Positions 45,895-57,510 of a stretch of DNA of 64,000 nt are shown here, piece by piece. Positions within the stretch are counted from its first letter, which is position 1, and the number at the start of each line of letters is the position of its first letter. The position numbers and the translations under genes were made by a program. Below the pieces are notes generated by a model, which was not told where the DNA came from, did no database searches, and saw only the letters and a program-made list of their open reading frames with translations. The stretch is from an uncultured bacterium (GTDB lineage: Bacteria > Methylomirabilota > Methylomirabilia > Methylomirabilales > 2-02-FULL-66-22). The stretch covers positions 66,082 through 130,081 of the forward strand of contig CAZNWB010000001.1 in assembly GCA_964576535.1 (NCBI GenBank). The letters are read 5' to 3'.

Positions 45895-46665
45895 ATGGCC
45901 AGGGAAAGGACGGTCCTGTACCGCCGGGATGGCCGCATCGCCCGTATCACCCTGAATCGGCCCGAGGTCCTCAACGCCGAGAACATGCCCTTCTTGAACG
46001 ACCTGACCGAGGCGGTCCACGCCCTGCGAGATGATCGCGAGGCTCGGGTGGCCATCGTGACCGGCGCCGGGCGGGCCTTCTGCGCGGGGGTGGACCTCAA
46101 GGCCCTCTCGACCGGGATCCTGGATCGCGCCTTCTTCACGGACATCGAGTACCTGTGGGAGATCCTGGAGAACTGCGACAAGGCCGTGATCTGCGGTATT
46201 CACGGCTACTGTCTGGGTGGGGGGCTCCAGATTGCGCTGGCCTGCGACCTGCGGGTCGCGGCGGAAGACGCTGTCCTGGGGCTGCCCGCTGTCAAGGAAT
46301 GCCTGATCCCTGGCCTCGGGACCTACCGCCTGCCCCGGTTGATCGGGATGGGCCGTGCCCGGGAATTGCTCCTGCTCGGCGATACGATTGACGCCGGCCG
46401 CGCCCTGGAGATCGGGCTGGTCAACAGCGTGGTCCCGCGTGACCAGCTTGAGGGGGCCTGCCTTGCCCTGGCGGACCGCCTCCTGGCGGTGCCCCACACC
46501 AGCCTGAGTCATATCAAGCGCCTGTCCAACCTCGCCTTCCAGACCGACTTCACCCGGTTCATGCAGGCCTTCGTCCCGGCCATGCAGGCCTGCCTGGCCT
46601 CGCCGGAGCACCAGGCCGCCATGGCCGCTCTCCGCGCCGAACAGGCAGCCAAGCCCAACTCATGA
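45895..46665 (+). CDS. Enoyl-CoA hydratase/isomerase (crotonase) family protein
   Basis: ATG at 45895 follows GGGAGGAAAG. ..IARITLNRPEVLNA.., ..VTGAGRAFCAGVDL.. and ..GYCLGGGLQIALACD. Confidence 0.88.
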   Translation: MARERTVLYRRDGRIARITLNRPEVLNAENMPFLNDLTEAVHALRDDREARVAIVTGAGRAFCAGVDLKALSTGILDRAFFTDIEYLWEILENCDKAVICGIHGYCLGGGLQIALACDLRVAAEDAVLGLPAVKECLIPGLGTYRLPRLIGMGRARELLLLGDTIDAGRALEIGLVNSVVPRDQLEGACLALADRLLAVPHTSLSHIKRLSNLAFQTDFTRFMQAFVPAMQACLASPEHQAAMAALRAEQAAKPNS

Positions 46666-46676
46666 TCGGCAGAGAC

Positions 46677-46702
46677 CCTGATTGCCGGGTTGCCTGATTG
46701 CC
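46677..46702. repeat. Short ATTGCC-word array (CCTGATTG CCGGGTTG CCTGATTG CC)
   Basis: Uses the same word as the 34781-34891 element. No partner arm is seen nearby. Confidence 0.4.
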
Positions 46703-46705
46703 TTC

Positions 46706-47470
46706 CTACTGGTTCCGCTCGAAGAGGATGCGGAGGCCGGTGAGGGTGAGAAGGGGATCCACGTGGTCGATGGCCGTGGATTCGGCCAGGACGAGTTGCG
46801 CGAGACCGCCGGTGGCCACCGTCACCGCCCGGCCGCCCAGTTCCACCCGCATGCGGGCCACCACGCCCTCCACCAGGCCCAGGTACCCGTAGAAGAGTCC
46901 CGCCTGCATGCTGCCCACGGTATTCCTGCCGATGACGGCTTTGGGCCGGGTGATGTCCACGCGGGGGAGCTTGGCCGCGTGCTGGAAGAGGGCCTCCGAC
47001 GATATCCCGATCCCCGGGCAGATCACGCCGCCGATGTACTCCCCCCGGGGCGAAACGGCGTCGAAGGTCGTGGCTGTGCCGAAGTCCACGACGATGCAGG
47101 GGCCGCCGTACGCCTCGAAGGCAGCCACGGCGTTCACGATCCGGTCAGCCCCGACCTCCCGCGGTGATTCGTACAGGATCGGCATCCCGGTCTTGATCCC
47201 CGGGCCCACGACCAGCGGCTCGACCCCGAAATACTGGCGGGCCATCTCCTCCAGGGGGCCCTGGAGCGGGGGGACCACCGAGGAGAGGATCACGGCCGAG
47301 ACGCGTTCGAATGCCAGCCCGGCAAAATCGAAGAGGCCTTTGATGAGCATGGCGTACTCGTCGCAGGTTCCCTCGCGGCGCGTGGACAGGCGCCAGTGCA
47401 CCTTCAGGGCCTTCCCGTCGAACACCCCGAGGACGGTGTTGGTGTTCCCCACATCCAGCGCCAGTAACAT
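46706..47470 (-). CDS. coaX: Type III pantothenate kinase
   Basis: [17 protein letters not shown].. and ..[11 protein letters not shown]. Confidence 0.92.
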   Translation of the reverse strand: MLLALDVGNTNTVLGVFDGKALKVHWRLSTRREGTCDEYAMLIKGLFDFAGLAFERVSAVILSSVVPPLQGPLEEMARQYFGVEPLVVGPGIKTGMPILYESPREVGADRIVNAVAAFEAYGGPCIVVDFGTATTFDAVSPRGEYIGGVICPGIGISSEALFQHAAKLPRVDITRPKAVIGRNTVGSMQAGLFYGYLGLVEGVVARMRVELGGRAVTVATGGLAQLVLAESTAIDHVDPLLTLTGLRILFERNQ

Positions 47471-47503
47471 CAGGACCCCACTACCTAGCCATTCTCGGGA
47501 GAA

Positions 47504-47647
47504 CTGTAGCTGTCAGCCGTCAGTTGTCAGCCCTAGCGTCCCACATGAATTCTGCGTTCGTCACTCCTTGGGGAATGAACCTAGCTGGCGGTTCCTGTGT
47601 CTCGGACCCACAAGCTGACGGCTGACCGCTGATGGCTGAGCGCTCAG
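47504..47647. repeat. GCTGA-family inverted heptamer arrays with a 75-nt spacer
   Basis: GTAGCTG TCAGCCG TCAGTTG TCAGCCC at 47506 versus AAGCTGA CGGCTGA CCGCTGA TGGCTGA GCGCTCA at 47611. The right end overlaps the birA stop. Confidence 0.75.
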
Positions 47648-48453
47648 TGACGCATCCGGATCGAGACGTCGCCCGCAACCACGCGCCGAACGGTCCCGTT
47701 TTCCTTCCGCACCAGCAGGGCCCCGTCGGCGTCCAGGTCAACCGCCAGCCCGCTCCACCGCTCGTCCCCCGCCAGAACGTCCACCGGGGATCCCAGGATT
47801 GCGCTTCGTTCGCGTCCGCGCGCCAGGATGGTCTCAAGATGTCCCGTGGAAAACTCCCGGTACCACCCGTCGAGTCCATTGTAGATCTCAGCCGCGAGGT
47901 TGCCACGCGGGACCTCCCGACCGCTTGCCAGGCGGAGGGACGTGGCGGTCGCACGGAGCTCCTCAGGCAGATCCTGCGCCTCCTGCCCCACGTTGATGCC
48001 GATGCCCACGGCGACGTAGTTCACTCGGCTCTCCACGCTCGCTGTCTCTGTGAGGATCCCCACTACCTTCTTTCCGTTCACCAGAAGGTCGTTCGGCCAT
48101 TTCAGGCGCGGCGCGAGCCCGGTGACGCTCTCGATCGCCTCCGCCACGGCCAGGCCGGCAACCAGGGTGAGGAGCGGCGCCTGGCCCGCAGGCAGCCTCG
48201 GCCGCAAGAGGATCGAGGTGTACAACCCCACGCCAGGAGGCGAGGCCCACGGGCGGCCGAGCCGTCCCCGCCCCGCGGTCTGGCGATCCGCAATGACGGC
48301 CAGACCCTCGGGGGCCCCGTCACGGCCCGCGGCCATTACGCGATCGTTCGTGGAGCCGATCTCCCCCAGCACCTCCAGGGGGCGACCGATCACGCGGGAC
48401 CGGAGCCGGGCCTGGATTTGCTCCGGAGCCAAGTCGGATGGAATCACCACCAT
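47644..48453 (-). CDS. birA: Biotin--[acetyl-CoA-carboxylase] ligase (no N-terminal HTH domain)
   Basis: ..STNDRVM.., ..QTAGRGRLGRPWASPPG.. and ..KWPNDLLVNGKKVVGIL. Confidence 0.9.
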   Translation of the reverse strand: MVVIPSDLAPEQIQARLRSRVIGRPLEVLGEIGSTNDRVMAAGRDGAPEGLAVIADRQTAGRGRLGRPWASPPGVGLYTSILLRPRLPAGQAPLLTLVAGLAVAEAIESVTGLAPRLKWPNDLLVNGKKVVGILTETASVESRVNYVAVGIGINVGQEAQDLPEELRATATSLRLASGREVPRGNLAAEIYNGLDGWYREFSTGHLETILARGRERSAILGSPVDVLAGDERWSGLAVDLDADGALLVRKENGTVRRVVAGDVSIRMRH

Positions 48454-48455
48454 TT

Positions 48456-48531
48456 GTAGCGCTCAGCCATCAGCATTCAGCCATCAGCGCCGATCAGCGA
48501 GCTGACCGCTGATTGCTGATCGCTGCCCCTC

Positions 48532-48538
<7 letters not shown>
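48456..48538. repeat. GCTGA-family hairpin filling the birA-valS gap
   Basis: GCGCTCA GCCATCA GCATTCA GCCATCA GCGCCGA TCAGCGA / GCTGACC GCTGATT GCTGATC GCTG. Confidence 0.75.
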
Positions 48539-51333
<2,795 letters not shown>

Positions 51334-51343
51334 TCCAAGCCCC

Positions 51344-51388
51344 GAAGTGAAACGGGGACGCCGTCCCCCCCGCGGGGGCGGCGTCCCC
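51344..51388 (-). terminator. GC-rich hairpin between the response-regulator gene and valS
   Basis: GGGGACGCCG..CGGCGTCCCC with an inner C5/G5 stem. On the minus strand it is followed by GTTTCACTTC, a weak T-tract. Confidence 0.45.
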
Positions 51389-51409
51389 GTCAAGTGCTGG
51401 ATGGCAGCC

Positions 51410-53074
51410 TCAGGAGGGCTGCTTGCCTTCCGCCATGGTCCGGATCCGCTCGATCTCCCGGTTGATCAAGATCTCGGCGAGGTCCGGAACCACCTCCCAG
51501 ACGATACGCTCGATGCGTTCGATCAACTGGTTGCTGAGCTCTTTGGCCAGTTCGTGCGCGACCCGCTCCGTGACGGCCTGGCGCAGCGTTCCCATCTCCG
51601 GCCCCAGCGCCGCGGCCGGAGGAGCCGGGGGGGTCTCCGCCCCCTCGGATGGCGCCGGGGTCGCAAGAATTTCTGCCATGAGCGCAGCCGGGGGAGCGGC
51701 GGCGGCGGCCCTCACCAGGTCGCCGATCTCCACGGGGCCAGCGGAAGGCGTGGCCGTCCTGGGTGGCTCGGGAGGGATCTCGATCGCGGGCTCGAACGCC
51801 GGCGGGACCTCGGGGGAAGGCACAGCCGCTTCTGGCTTGCTGTCCACGAGGGGCTCAAGCTGTAGCTCGAGCACTTCCCCGATTCCGGATTCGAGTGGCG
51901 CCGCGCCTGGCGGGCGCAGGAGGTCCTCGATCGCCAGCTCCGGCGGCTCCCCGGTCCCCACCTCGACCAAGGGCAGCGATGGTCCCTGCATGTCGGCCGT
52001 CAGGTCGAAGACCGGCTCGTTCGCGGCAACCAGCCCTTCGAGGAGGCCGACCTCGGGCGCCGGCTCGGGAGGAGCTGCGGCCGACGCCTGGCCAGGAGTC
52101 ACCGTCGCGTGGCCCCGGACATCCTCCACGGATAGCGCCGGCGGTTCCCCGGTCCCCACCTCGACCAGGGGCAACGATGGTCCCTGCATGTCGGCCGTCA
52201 GGTCGAAGACCGGCTCGTCCGCGGGACGCGGCCCTTCGAGCGATCCGGGCTCGGGCGCCGGCTCCGGCGCGGATTCGGCCGTGACGCCGGAAGGCGGCTC
52301 GGGCGGCGTGGCGTGCTGCGGAGGAACGGGTCCCGGCGCCAGCAGCTCTTCCAGGGAAAGGCTCTGGGGAAAGGGCGAGGCGTCCGCCCCGGCGGTTTTT
52401 GGTACGGCTGGAATCGGCTCGAGCTCGAGACCCGGCAACTCCAATGCCGGCGGTTCGCCAGCCCTGGCCGGGGCGGTGGGCGCGGGCGGAGGAGGCGGCG
52501 CCGGGGCCGCAACCGGCGGCGGGATCGGCCGGGCCGGACGCGGGGTCGGGGGGACCCCGGGGATCGCGCGTGCGGCGACCGCTTTCGGGGGAGCGGGCGG
52601 CGCTACCGTGGGGGCGGGGCGCGGGGCTGCTGTTGGCGGCGGTGGTGCTGGTGGCGCCACCGTGGCGGCGGGGGCGGGAGCCGCCGGGCCCCCCAGGTCC
52701 ACCGTCCTGGCGAAGAGCAATTGCTTCACCCTGCTGATCAGGGCCTGGGACTCGAAGGGCTTGGTCAGGAAGTCGTTGGCCCCCGCACGCAGTCCCTGCT
52801 CCTTATCGAAGGCCTCGAACGTCCCAACGAGCATGATGATGGGGACCGCGCGAAGCATCGGCTCCGCCCGGAGGGCAGTGCAGACCTCGTACCCGTTCTT
52901 GTCCGGCATCACCAGATCCAAAAGGATCAGGTCGGGCTGGACTTCCTTGGCCTTGCGGATGGCCTCCTCGCCGCTCCGCACCGGGATGAGGACAAAGTCC
53001 TCTTTGCTGAAGGTCAGCTCCACGACCTTCTGGATCGTCACGCTGTCATCTGCGACCAGGATGCGAGCGCCCAT
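51410..53074 (-). CDS. Response regulator: REC domain + long Pro/Ala-rich repeat region + short helical C-terminal domain
   Basis: MGARILVADDS..LILLDLVMPDKNG..LTKPF (REC). About 330 aa of P/A-rich sequence with a duplicated EPVFDLTADMQGPSLPLVEVGTGEPP block. C-terminus ..IERIERIVWEVVPDLAEILINREIERIR. Confidence 0.85.
   Translation of the reverse strand: MGARILVADDSVTIQKVVELTFSKEDFVLIPVRSGEEAIRKAKEVQPDLILLDLVMPDKNGYEVCTALRAEPMLRAVPIIMLVGTFEAFDKEQGLRAGANDFLTKPFESQALISRVKQLLFARTVDLGGPAAPAPAATVAPPAPPPPTAAPRPAPTVAPPAPPKAVAARAIPGVPPTPRPARPIPPPVAAPAPPPPPAPTAPARAGEPPALELPGLELEPIPAVPKTAGADASPFPQSLSLEELLAPGPVPPQHATPPEPPSGVTAESAPEPAPEPGSLEGPRPADEPVFDLTADMQGPSLPLVEVGTGEPPALSVEDVRGHATVTPGQASAAAPPEPAPEVGLLEGLVAANEPVFDLTADMQGPSLPLVEVGTGEPPELAIEDLLRPPGAAPLESGIGEVLELQLEPLVDSKPEAAVPSPEVPPAFEPAIEIPPEPPRTATPSAGPVEIGDLVRAAAAAPPAALMAEILATPAPSEGAETPPAPPAAALGPEMGTLRQAVTERVAHELAKELSNQLIERIERIVWEVVPDLAEILINREIERIRTMAEGKQPS
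51940..52268. repeat. Intragenic direct duplication (about 130 nt conserved, 198-nt period)
   Basis: 51940-52070 and 52138-52268 align almost base for base by eye, encoding the duplicated 66-aa unit of the response regulator. Confidence 0.8.
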
Positions 53075-53127
53075 GCGATCCTCCCCACCCAGCCCCTGCC
53101 GGCCGTCCCGCCCCGCCGAAGGCGGGG

Positions 53128-53613
53128 CTAGGCAAGCAGCGTAATCGGCTCCTCCGACGTGAAGAGTTTCGCCTCATCCAGCCACACGACGGGTCGTCCG
53201 CCGGCGTTGGCTACCCCCCGGATGAATTCCGCCCGGATGCCCAGCATCCGGGGTGGAGGGGTCAGCACCTTCTCCACCGGCAGGGACAACACGCGCAGGA
53301 CCTGATCCACCATCAACCCCACCACGGAATCCTGCGCGATGCCCCTGAGGAGCAGGATCGCGGGATGCACGGGCGCCGGCCCGTCCACCCCCAGCCGCTT
53401 GCGCAGGCTCACGACGGGGAGGAAGCGCCCCTTGTGCAGCATGATTCCCTCGACGAAGGGGGGGCACCTCGGTGTCTTGGTTGGGACCTGGTAGTCCAGG
53501 ATGTGTTGCACCCAGTTGAGGTCCACGGCGAACTGCCTGCCCGCCAGGAGGAACATCAGGACCGACACCTCGTCCTGCGCCACGCTGGAGGGCATCGTAT
53601 CCGTCTGTGCCAT
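53128..53613 (-). CDS. cheW: CheW-like coupling protein
   Basis: ..LMFLLAGRQFAVDLNWVQHI..PFVEGIMLHKGRFLPVVSLRKRLG..GLMVDQVLRVLSL, the CheW domain pattern. Confidence 0.85.
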   Translation of the reverse strand: MAQTDTMPSSVAQDEVSVLMFLLAGRQFAVDLNWVQHILDYQVPTKTPRCPPFVEGIMLHKGRFLPVVSLRKRLGVDGPAPVHPAILLLRGIAQDSVVGLMVDQVLRVLSLPVEKVLTPPPRMLGIRAEFIRGVANAGGRPVVWLDEAKLFTSEEPITLLA

Positions 53614-53762
53614 GCGACCTCTCCGGATCCGCCGAACCGCACTCAGTGCTTGATTTCATAATTTCGTGCAGGGTTGGCCGGAACCAACCCCGTACGAAAC
53701 CCCCTTGGCAAAGGGCGATCCGTATCGGGGGAACCCTGATACGGATCTATGAAGTCAAGGAC

Positions 53763-54272
53763 TCAGGAGCCGCCCGCATAGAACTGGACGACCTCGTCGA
53801 GTCCCGTCAACCCCTCCTCGTTGACCAGCAGGATGATCCGGTCCTGGCGGCTGTAGAGCCCGCGGAAACACGCGGGGTCCAGGAGCGTGGCCAGCGCCGG
53901 CATCGGCGCGATCCGGGCCGGATCCACCTCGACCATCTCCAGGACCTCATCCACCAAAAGCCCGAGCGCTCGTCCCTGCGCCTGCGTCAACAGGACGCGT
54001 GCCGTCGCCGGAATTTCAGCCGGGGAACCCTCGAACAGCGCTCGCATGCGGATGACAGGAAGCCTGCGCCCCCGATACGTGAGCGCGACGCAGGCCTGGT
54101 AGGCAGGGGCTGGCAAGGCCGTGAGCCCGTCGGGCAGCAGAACCTGTCGCAGCCCTCGGAGCCCCACTCCGTAGGTTTCGTCGCCGACGCGAAACAGCAG
54201 AAACTTCTCCCGGGCCGCGGGGCCCTCCGCTTTGCCACGGGTCCGTTGCTTCGTCGTCGTGAGGGGTCCCAA
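53763..54272 (-). CDS. CheW-like coupling protein (second copy)
   Basis: ..FLLFRVGDETYGV..ALTYRGRRLPVIRMRALF..GLLVDEVLEMVEV. TTG start after AGGGGAG. Confidence 0.8.
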   Translation of the reverse strand: MGPLTTTKQRTRGKAEGPAAREKFLLFRVGDETYGVGLRGLRQVLLPDGLTALPAPAYQACVALTYRGRRLPVIRMRALFEGSPAEIPATARVLLTQAQGRALGLLVDEVLEMVEVDPARIAPMPALATLLDPACFRGLYSRQDRIILLVNEEGLTGLDEVVQFYAGGS

Positions 54273-54283
54273 TCACTCCCCTT

Positions 54284-54321
54284 TCGGCCCGCGAGTCTCC
54301 TCTCGGCCTGCGAGTCTCCTC
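54284..54321. repeat. Two tandem 19-nt units TCGGCCYGCGAGTCTCCTC
   Basis: 54284-54302 and 54303-54321 differ at one position. They lie in the predicted 5' leader of the cheW operon. Confidence 0.7.
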
Positions 54322-54338
54322 CACGCAGGAGTGCGGTC

Positions 54339-54367
54339 ACAATACTCACCACCCCCAGGATTGTCAA
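54339..54367 (-). promoter_or_regulatory. Promoter TTGACA-N17-TATTGT for the cheW-cheW-RR operon
   Basis: Minus strand: TGTCAA at 54362-54367 and ACAATA at 54339-54344. Confidence 0.55.
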
Positions 54368-54629
54368 GCCCTTTCCCCCTCGCCTGGCAGCCATCGAGTT
54401 CCCTAACCCCGCGCCACAAATGGCGGGATAGATACGCCCCTCCCCTGGCGTTCTCCCTTGACCCATTCCCCATGCCGGTTGTATACATGGTCGCCGTCCT
54501 CGAATCGAGTTTGCTTCTGGTGCGAAGGGATCGCATCGGAGACGATTCTTGTCCGATCCGTTCGGCGCGGGGGCGGCACGTGGAACGCCCTCATTCTACC
54601 GCCGGCCAGCCTTACGAGGAGCCCTTCGA

Positions 54630-55796
54630 ATGAACAAGATCGGCATCGGCATCATCGGATCGCGGTTTGCCGCCGATCTTCACGCCCACGCCCTGAGCAA
54701 GGTCCGGGGGAGCAAGTGCGAGATCGTCGCGGTCTGTTCCCGGACGAAGGAGAGCGCAGAGGCCTTCGCCCGGAAATTCAACGTCCCCCACGTGTACGCC
54801 GACCACCGGGCGGTGCTGGACCGCAAGGACATCCACCTGGTGGACCTGGTGCTGACGACCAACCTGCACCACAGCATGGCCATTGATGCGGCCAATGCGG
54901 GGAAGCACATCATCTGCGAGAAGCCGCTCACCGGCTGCTTCGTCGAGGCCAGCGCCATGACCCGGCAGGCCATGTTCGACGCCGCCATGAAGAATGCCGA
55001 CGCCGTCCTGGAGGCCTGCCGGCAGAACCGGGTGACCCTCGGGTACGCCGAGAACTTCGTGTATGCGCCCCCGGTGGCGAAGCTGCGCCGCCTCATGGAT
55101 GCCAGCGGGGGAAGCCTTCTCGATCTCCGGGCCGAGGAGAGTCACTCCGGCTCCCACGCGGCCTACTCGCGGCGGTGGGTGACCTCGGGCGGGGGGTCCA
55201 TGCTTCGGATGGGGTCCCACCCCATAGGCGCGGTGATCCACCTGAAGCACTACGAGGGACAGCGGAAGTTCGGGAAGCCGATCCGGGTCAAGTCGGTCCT
55301 GGCCGACGTCGCCCAGTTGACCAAGACCGAGGCCTTCCGCAAGGAACCCCGGAAATGGCTGGTCAGCGAATGGGACGATGTGGAGGACTGGTCGGCCGCC
55401 ATCTTGACGTTCGAGGACGGGACCAAGGCCACCGTCCTGTCCACCGACGTCAGTCTGGGGGGCGTGAAGAACCTGGTGACCGCCTATCTCTCCAACAGCG
55501 TGGTCCAGGTCAATATCAATCCCAACACCAGCCTGGTGGTCTACGCCCCGGACGGGAAGATCTGGGGGGACGAGTACATCACGGAGAAGGTGGAGACCAA
55601 GGGCGGGTGGCAGTTCCCCAGCCCCGACGAGGACTGGATGCGGGGTTACCCGCAGGAAATGGAGGACTTCGTGGACGCCGTCCGGGAGGGCCGCGAGCCC
55701 CTCTCGGGCGCCCTGCTCGCCCACGAGACTGTCGAGGTCATCTACGCCGCCTACGTCTCGGCGCAGGAAGGCCGGCGGGTAGACCTCAAACGCTAG
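54630..55796 (+). CDS. Gfo/Idh/MocA-family oxidoreductase
   Basis: ATG at 54630 follows GAGGAG. MNKIGIGIIGSRFAADLHAHAL.. and ..IICEKPL. Confidence 0.88.
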   Translation: MNKIGIGIIGSRFAADLHAHALSKVRGSKCEIVAVCSRTKESAEAFARKFNVPHVYADHRAVLDRKDIHLVDLVLTTNLHHSMAIDAANAGKHIICEKPLTGCFVEASAMTRQAMFDAAMKNADAVLEACRQNRVTLGYAENFVYAPPVAKLRRLMDASGGSLLDLRAEESHSGSHAAYSRRWVTSGGGSMLRMGSHPIGAVIHLKHYEGQRKFGKPIRVKSVLADVAQLTKTEAFRKEPRKWLVSEWDDVEDWSAAILTFEDGTKATVLSTDVSLGGVKNLVTAYLSNSVVQVNINPNTSLVVYAPDGKIWGDEYITEKVETKGGWQFPSPDEDWMRGYPQEMEDFVDAVREGREPLSGALLAHETVEVIYAAYVSAQEGRRVDLKR

Positions 55797-55838
55797 CGGA
55801 CCAGAAGTCCCGGAGAGCGTGCCTCTACGACTTTGCCG

Positions 55839-55868
55839 TTGACAGATCAAGAGCTCCCCAGGTATCTA
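55839..55868 (+). promoter_or_regulatory. Candidate promoter TTGACA-N18-TATCTA upstream of dctP
   Basis: Perfect -35 and a weak -10, about 75 nt upstream of the ATG at 55943. Confidence 0.35.
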
Positions 55869-55942
55869 GGCGTACAAGGAGTCACTGGCTTTCAGAGCAT
55901 CCGCTGCCACCGAATCCTACGCAGACCCAAGGAGGCTTCGTC

Positions 55943-56944
55943 ATGAACAGGAAGAAGGGGCTCTGGCTCTTGGCGCTTATCGCCGTGTGCGTCCTGGCGA
56001 TCGTTCCCGGAAGGGGTGAGGCCCAGGACAAGAAAATCGTGGCCAAGGTGGCGGACATCCTCTCCCCGGACCACCCCCACTCCCGGACGTGGCAGTATTT
56101 CGCCGACAAGGTGAAGGAGCGGACCAAGGACCGGATGGAGGTCCAGGTCTTCCACAGCGCCCAACTCGGTCAAACGAAGGATCTGTACCTGGGGGTGCAA
56201 GCCGGCAGCATCGAAATGGCCAAGATGCCTGCCTCCTTCGCCGGCGAGTGGATCCAGGAGGTGAAGGTCTTCGACCTCCCCTACCTCTTCAACAACCGGG
56301 AGGAGCTGTGGCGGGTCCTGCGAGGCCCCGTGGGCAAGAAGTTCATCAACGAGGTCTACCCGAAGTACAACGTCGTCGGGATCATGTGGGTGGATGACGG
56401 CGGGCGCAGCGTCTATGCCAACAAGCCGGTGCGGAAACCCGAGGACCTGAAGGGGATGAAGATCCGCGTCCAGCCCAGCGACATCCAGATCCAGGCCATG
56501 AATGAGATGGGTGGGATTGGCACGCCCCTGGCCTTTGGCGAGGTCTACCTGGCTCTCCAGCAGAAAGTCCTGGATGGGGCGGAGAACTCCCCTGTCCTCT
56601 TCTTCACCTCCAAGCATTGGGAGGTCTCCAAGGTCTACTCACTAACGGAGCAGTTCTGGTCGGTCAGCACGCTGCTGGCCAACAAGAAGTGGTGGGAGGG
56701 CCTGCCGAAGGACATCCAGGCCGCGGTGCTGGCGGCCGGTCAGGATGCGGAGAAGTACTTCCTCGACATCTATGTCGCAGACGAGAACAAGGCCATCGGC
56801 TGGCTGAAGGAAAGGGGCGTCCAGGTGGTGACCGATGTGGACAAGGCCGCCTTCGAGAAGCGGATCCAGCCCGTCTATGACGCCTTCACCAAGAAGTACG
56901 GGAAAGACTTCCTGGACCAGGTTCAGGCCGCGAAGAAGAAGTAA
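55943..56944 (+). CDS. dctP: TRAP transporter substrate-binding protein (DctP family)
   Basis: ATG at 55943 follows GGAGG. Signal peptide, then ..HPHSRTWQYFADKVKERT.. and ..MKIRVQPS.. typical of DctP. Confidence 0.9.
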   Translation: MNRKKGLWLLALIAVCVLAIVPGRGEAQDKKIVAKVADILSPDHPHSRTWQYFADKVKERTKDRMEVQVFHSAQLGQTKDLYLGVQAGSIEMAKMPASFAGEWIQEVKVFDLPYLFNNREELWRVLRGPVGKKFINEVYPKYNVVGIMWVDDGGRSVYANKPVRKPEDLKGMKIRVQPSDIQIQAMNEMGGIGTPLAFGEVYLALQQKVLDGAENSPVLFFTSKHWEVSKVYSLTEQFWSVSTLLANKKWWEGLPKDIQAAVLAAGQDAEKYFLDIYVADENKAIGWLKERGVQVVTDVDKAAFEKRIQPVYDAFTKKYGKDFLDQVQAAKKK

Positions 56945-56969
56945 GGGAAACGCGGGAACGATCAGGCAC

Positions 56970-57012
56970 GGGGGGCGATGCCGCACGTTGCACATCGCTC
57001 CCCAATTTTTTT
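56970..57012 (+). terminator. Intrinsic terminator/attenuator between dctP and dctQ
   Basis: GGGGGGCGATG-12 nt loop-CATCGCTCCCC (one G-U pair) followed by AATTTTTTT. Confidence 0.65.
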
Positions 57013-57033
57013 CCGGGGCGTGGAGAGGAACCC

Positions 57034-57510
57034 GTGAAGAGACTGCTCGGGGAGAGCATCGAGTGGGTGAGCGCGGGCTTGGTTGTCGCCCTGACCGTGG
57101 TGGTGTTCATTCAGGTCTTCAACCGCTTCGTCCTCAAGACGCCCCTGGCCTGGTCGGAAGATTTGGCCATGCTCCTGTTCCAGTGGGTGGCCTTCCTGGG
57201 CGCGGCCCTCGGCGTCAAGCGCATGCGCCATTTCGGCATTGAGATGGTCGTGAAGGCACTGCCCGAAAAGGTTCGCCACGGCGTTGAGCTGCTCGTGCCA
57301 CTCATTATGGCCATCGTCGGCCTGACGATGCTCATCCAGGGCTGGACCCTCCTCACCCTGAACTGGAATAGGATCTATTCCACCATGAACCTTTCCTATA
57401 CCTGGGCCTTCCTGCCCATCCCGCTGAGTGGTGCCCTGATCCTCCTGTACCTTCTCCAGCACGAGGTCCGGCGCTGGGGGGGCAAGGGAGGAGCTCTGCC
57501 TCGGCCATGA
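57034..57510 (+). CDS. dctQ: TRAP transporter small permease (DctQ family)
   Basis: Four TM segments and ..FNRFVLKTPLAWSEDLAMLLFQW.. The stop overlaps the dctM start. Confidence 0.85.
   Translation: MKRLLGESIEWVSAGLVVALTVVVFIQVFNRFVLKTPLAWSEDLAMLLFQWVAFLGAALGVKRMRHFGIEMVVKALPEKVRHGVELLVPLIMAIVGLTMLIQGWTLLTLNWNRIYSTMNLSYTWAFLPIPLSGALILLYLLQHEVRRWGGKGGALPRP

Noticed and set aside
51423-53144. 573-aa plus-strand ORF rich in Ser/Gly/Ala
   Set aside because: It is the antisense reading of the Pro/Ala-rich response-regulator gene. The minus-strand frame has a clear REC domain and an SD.
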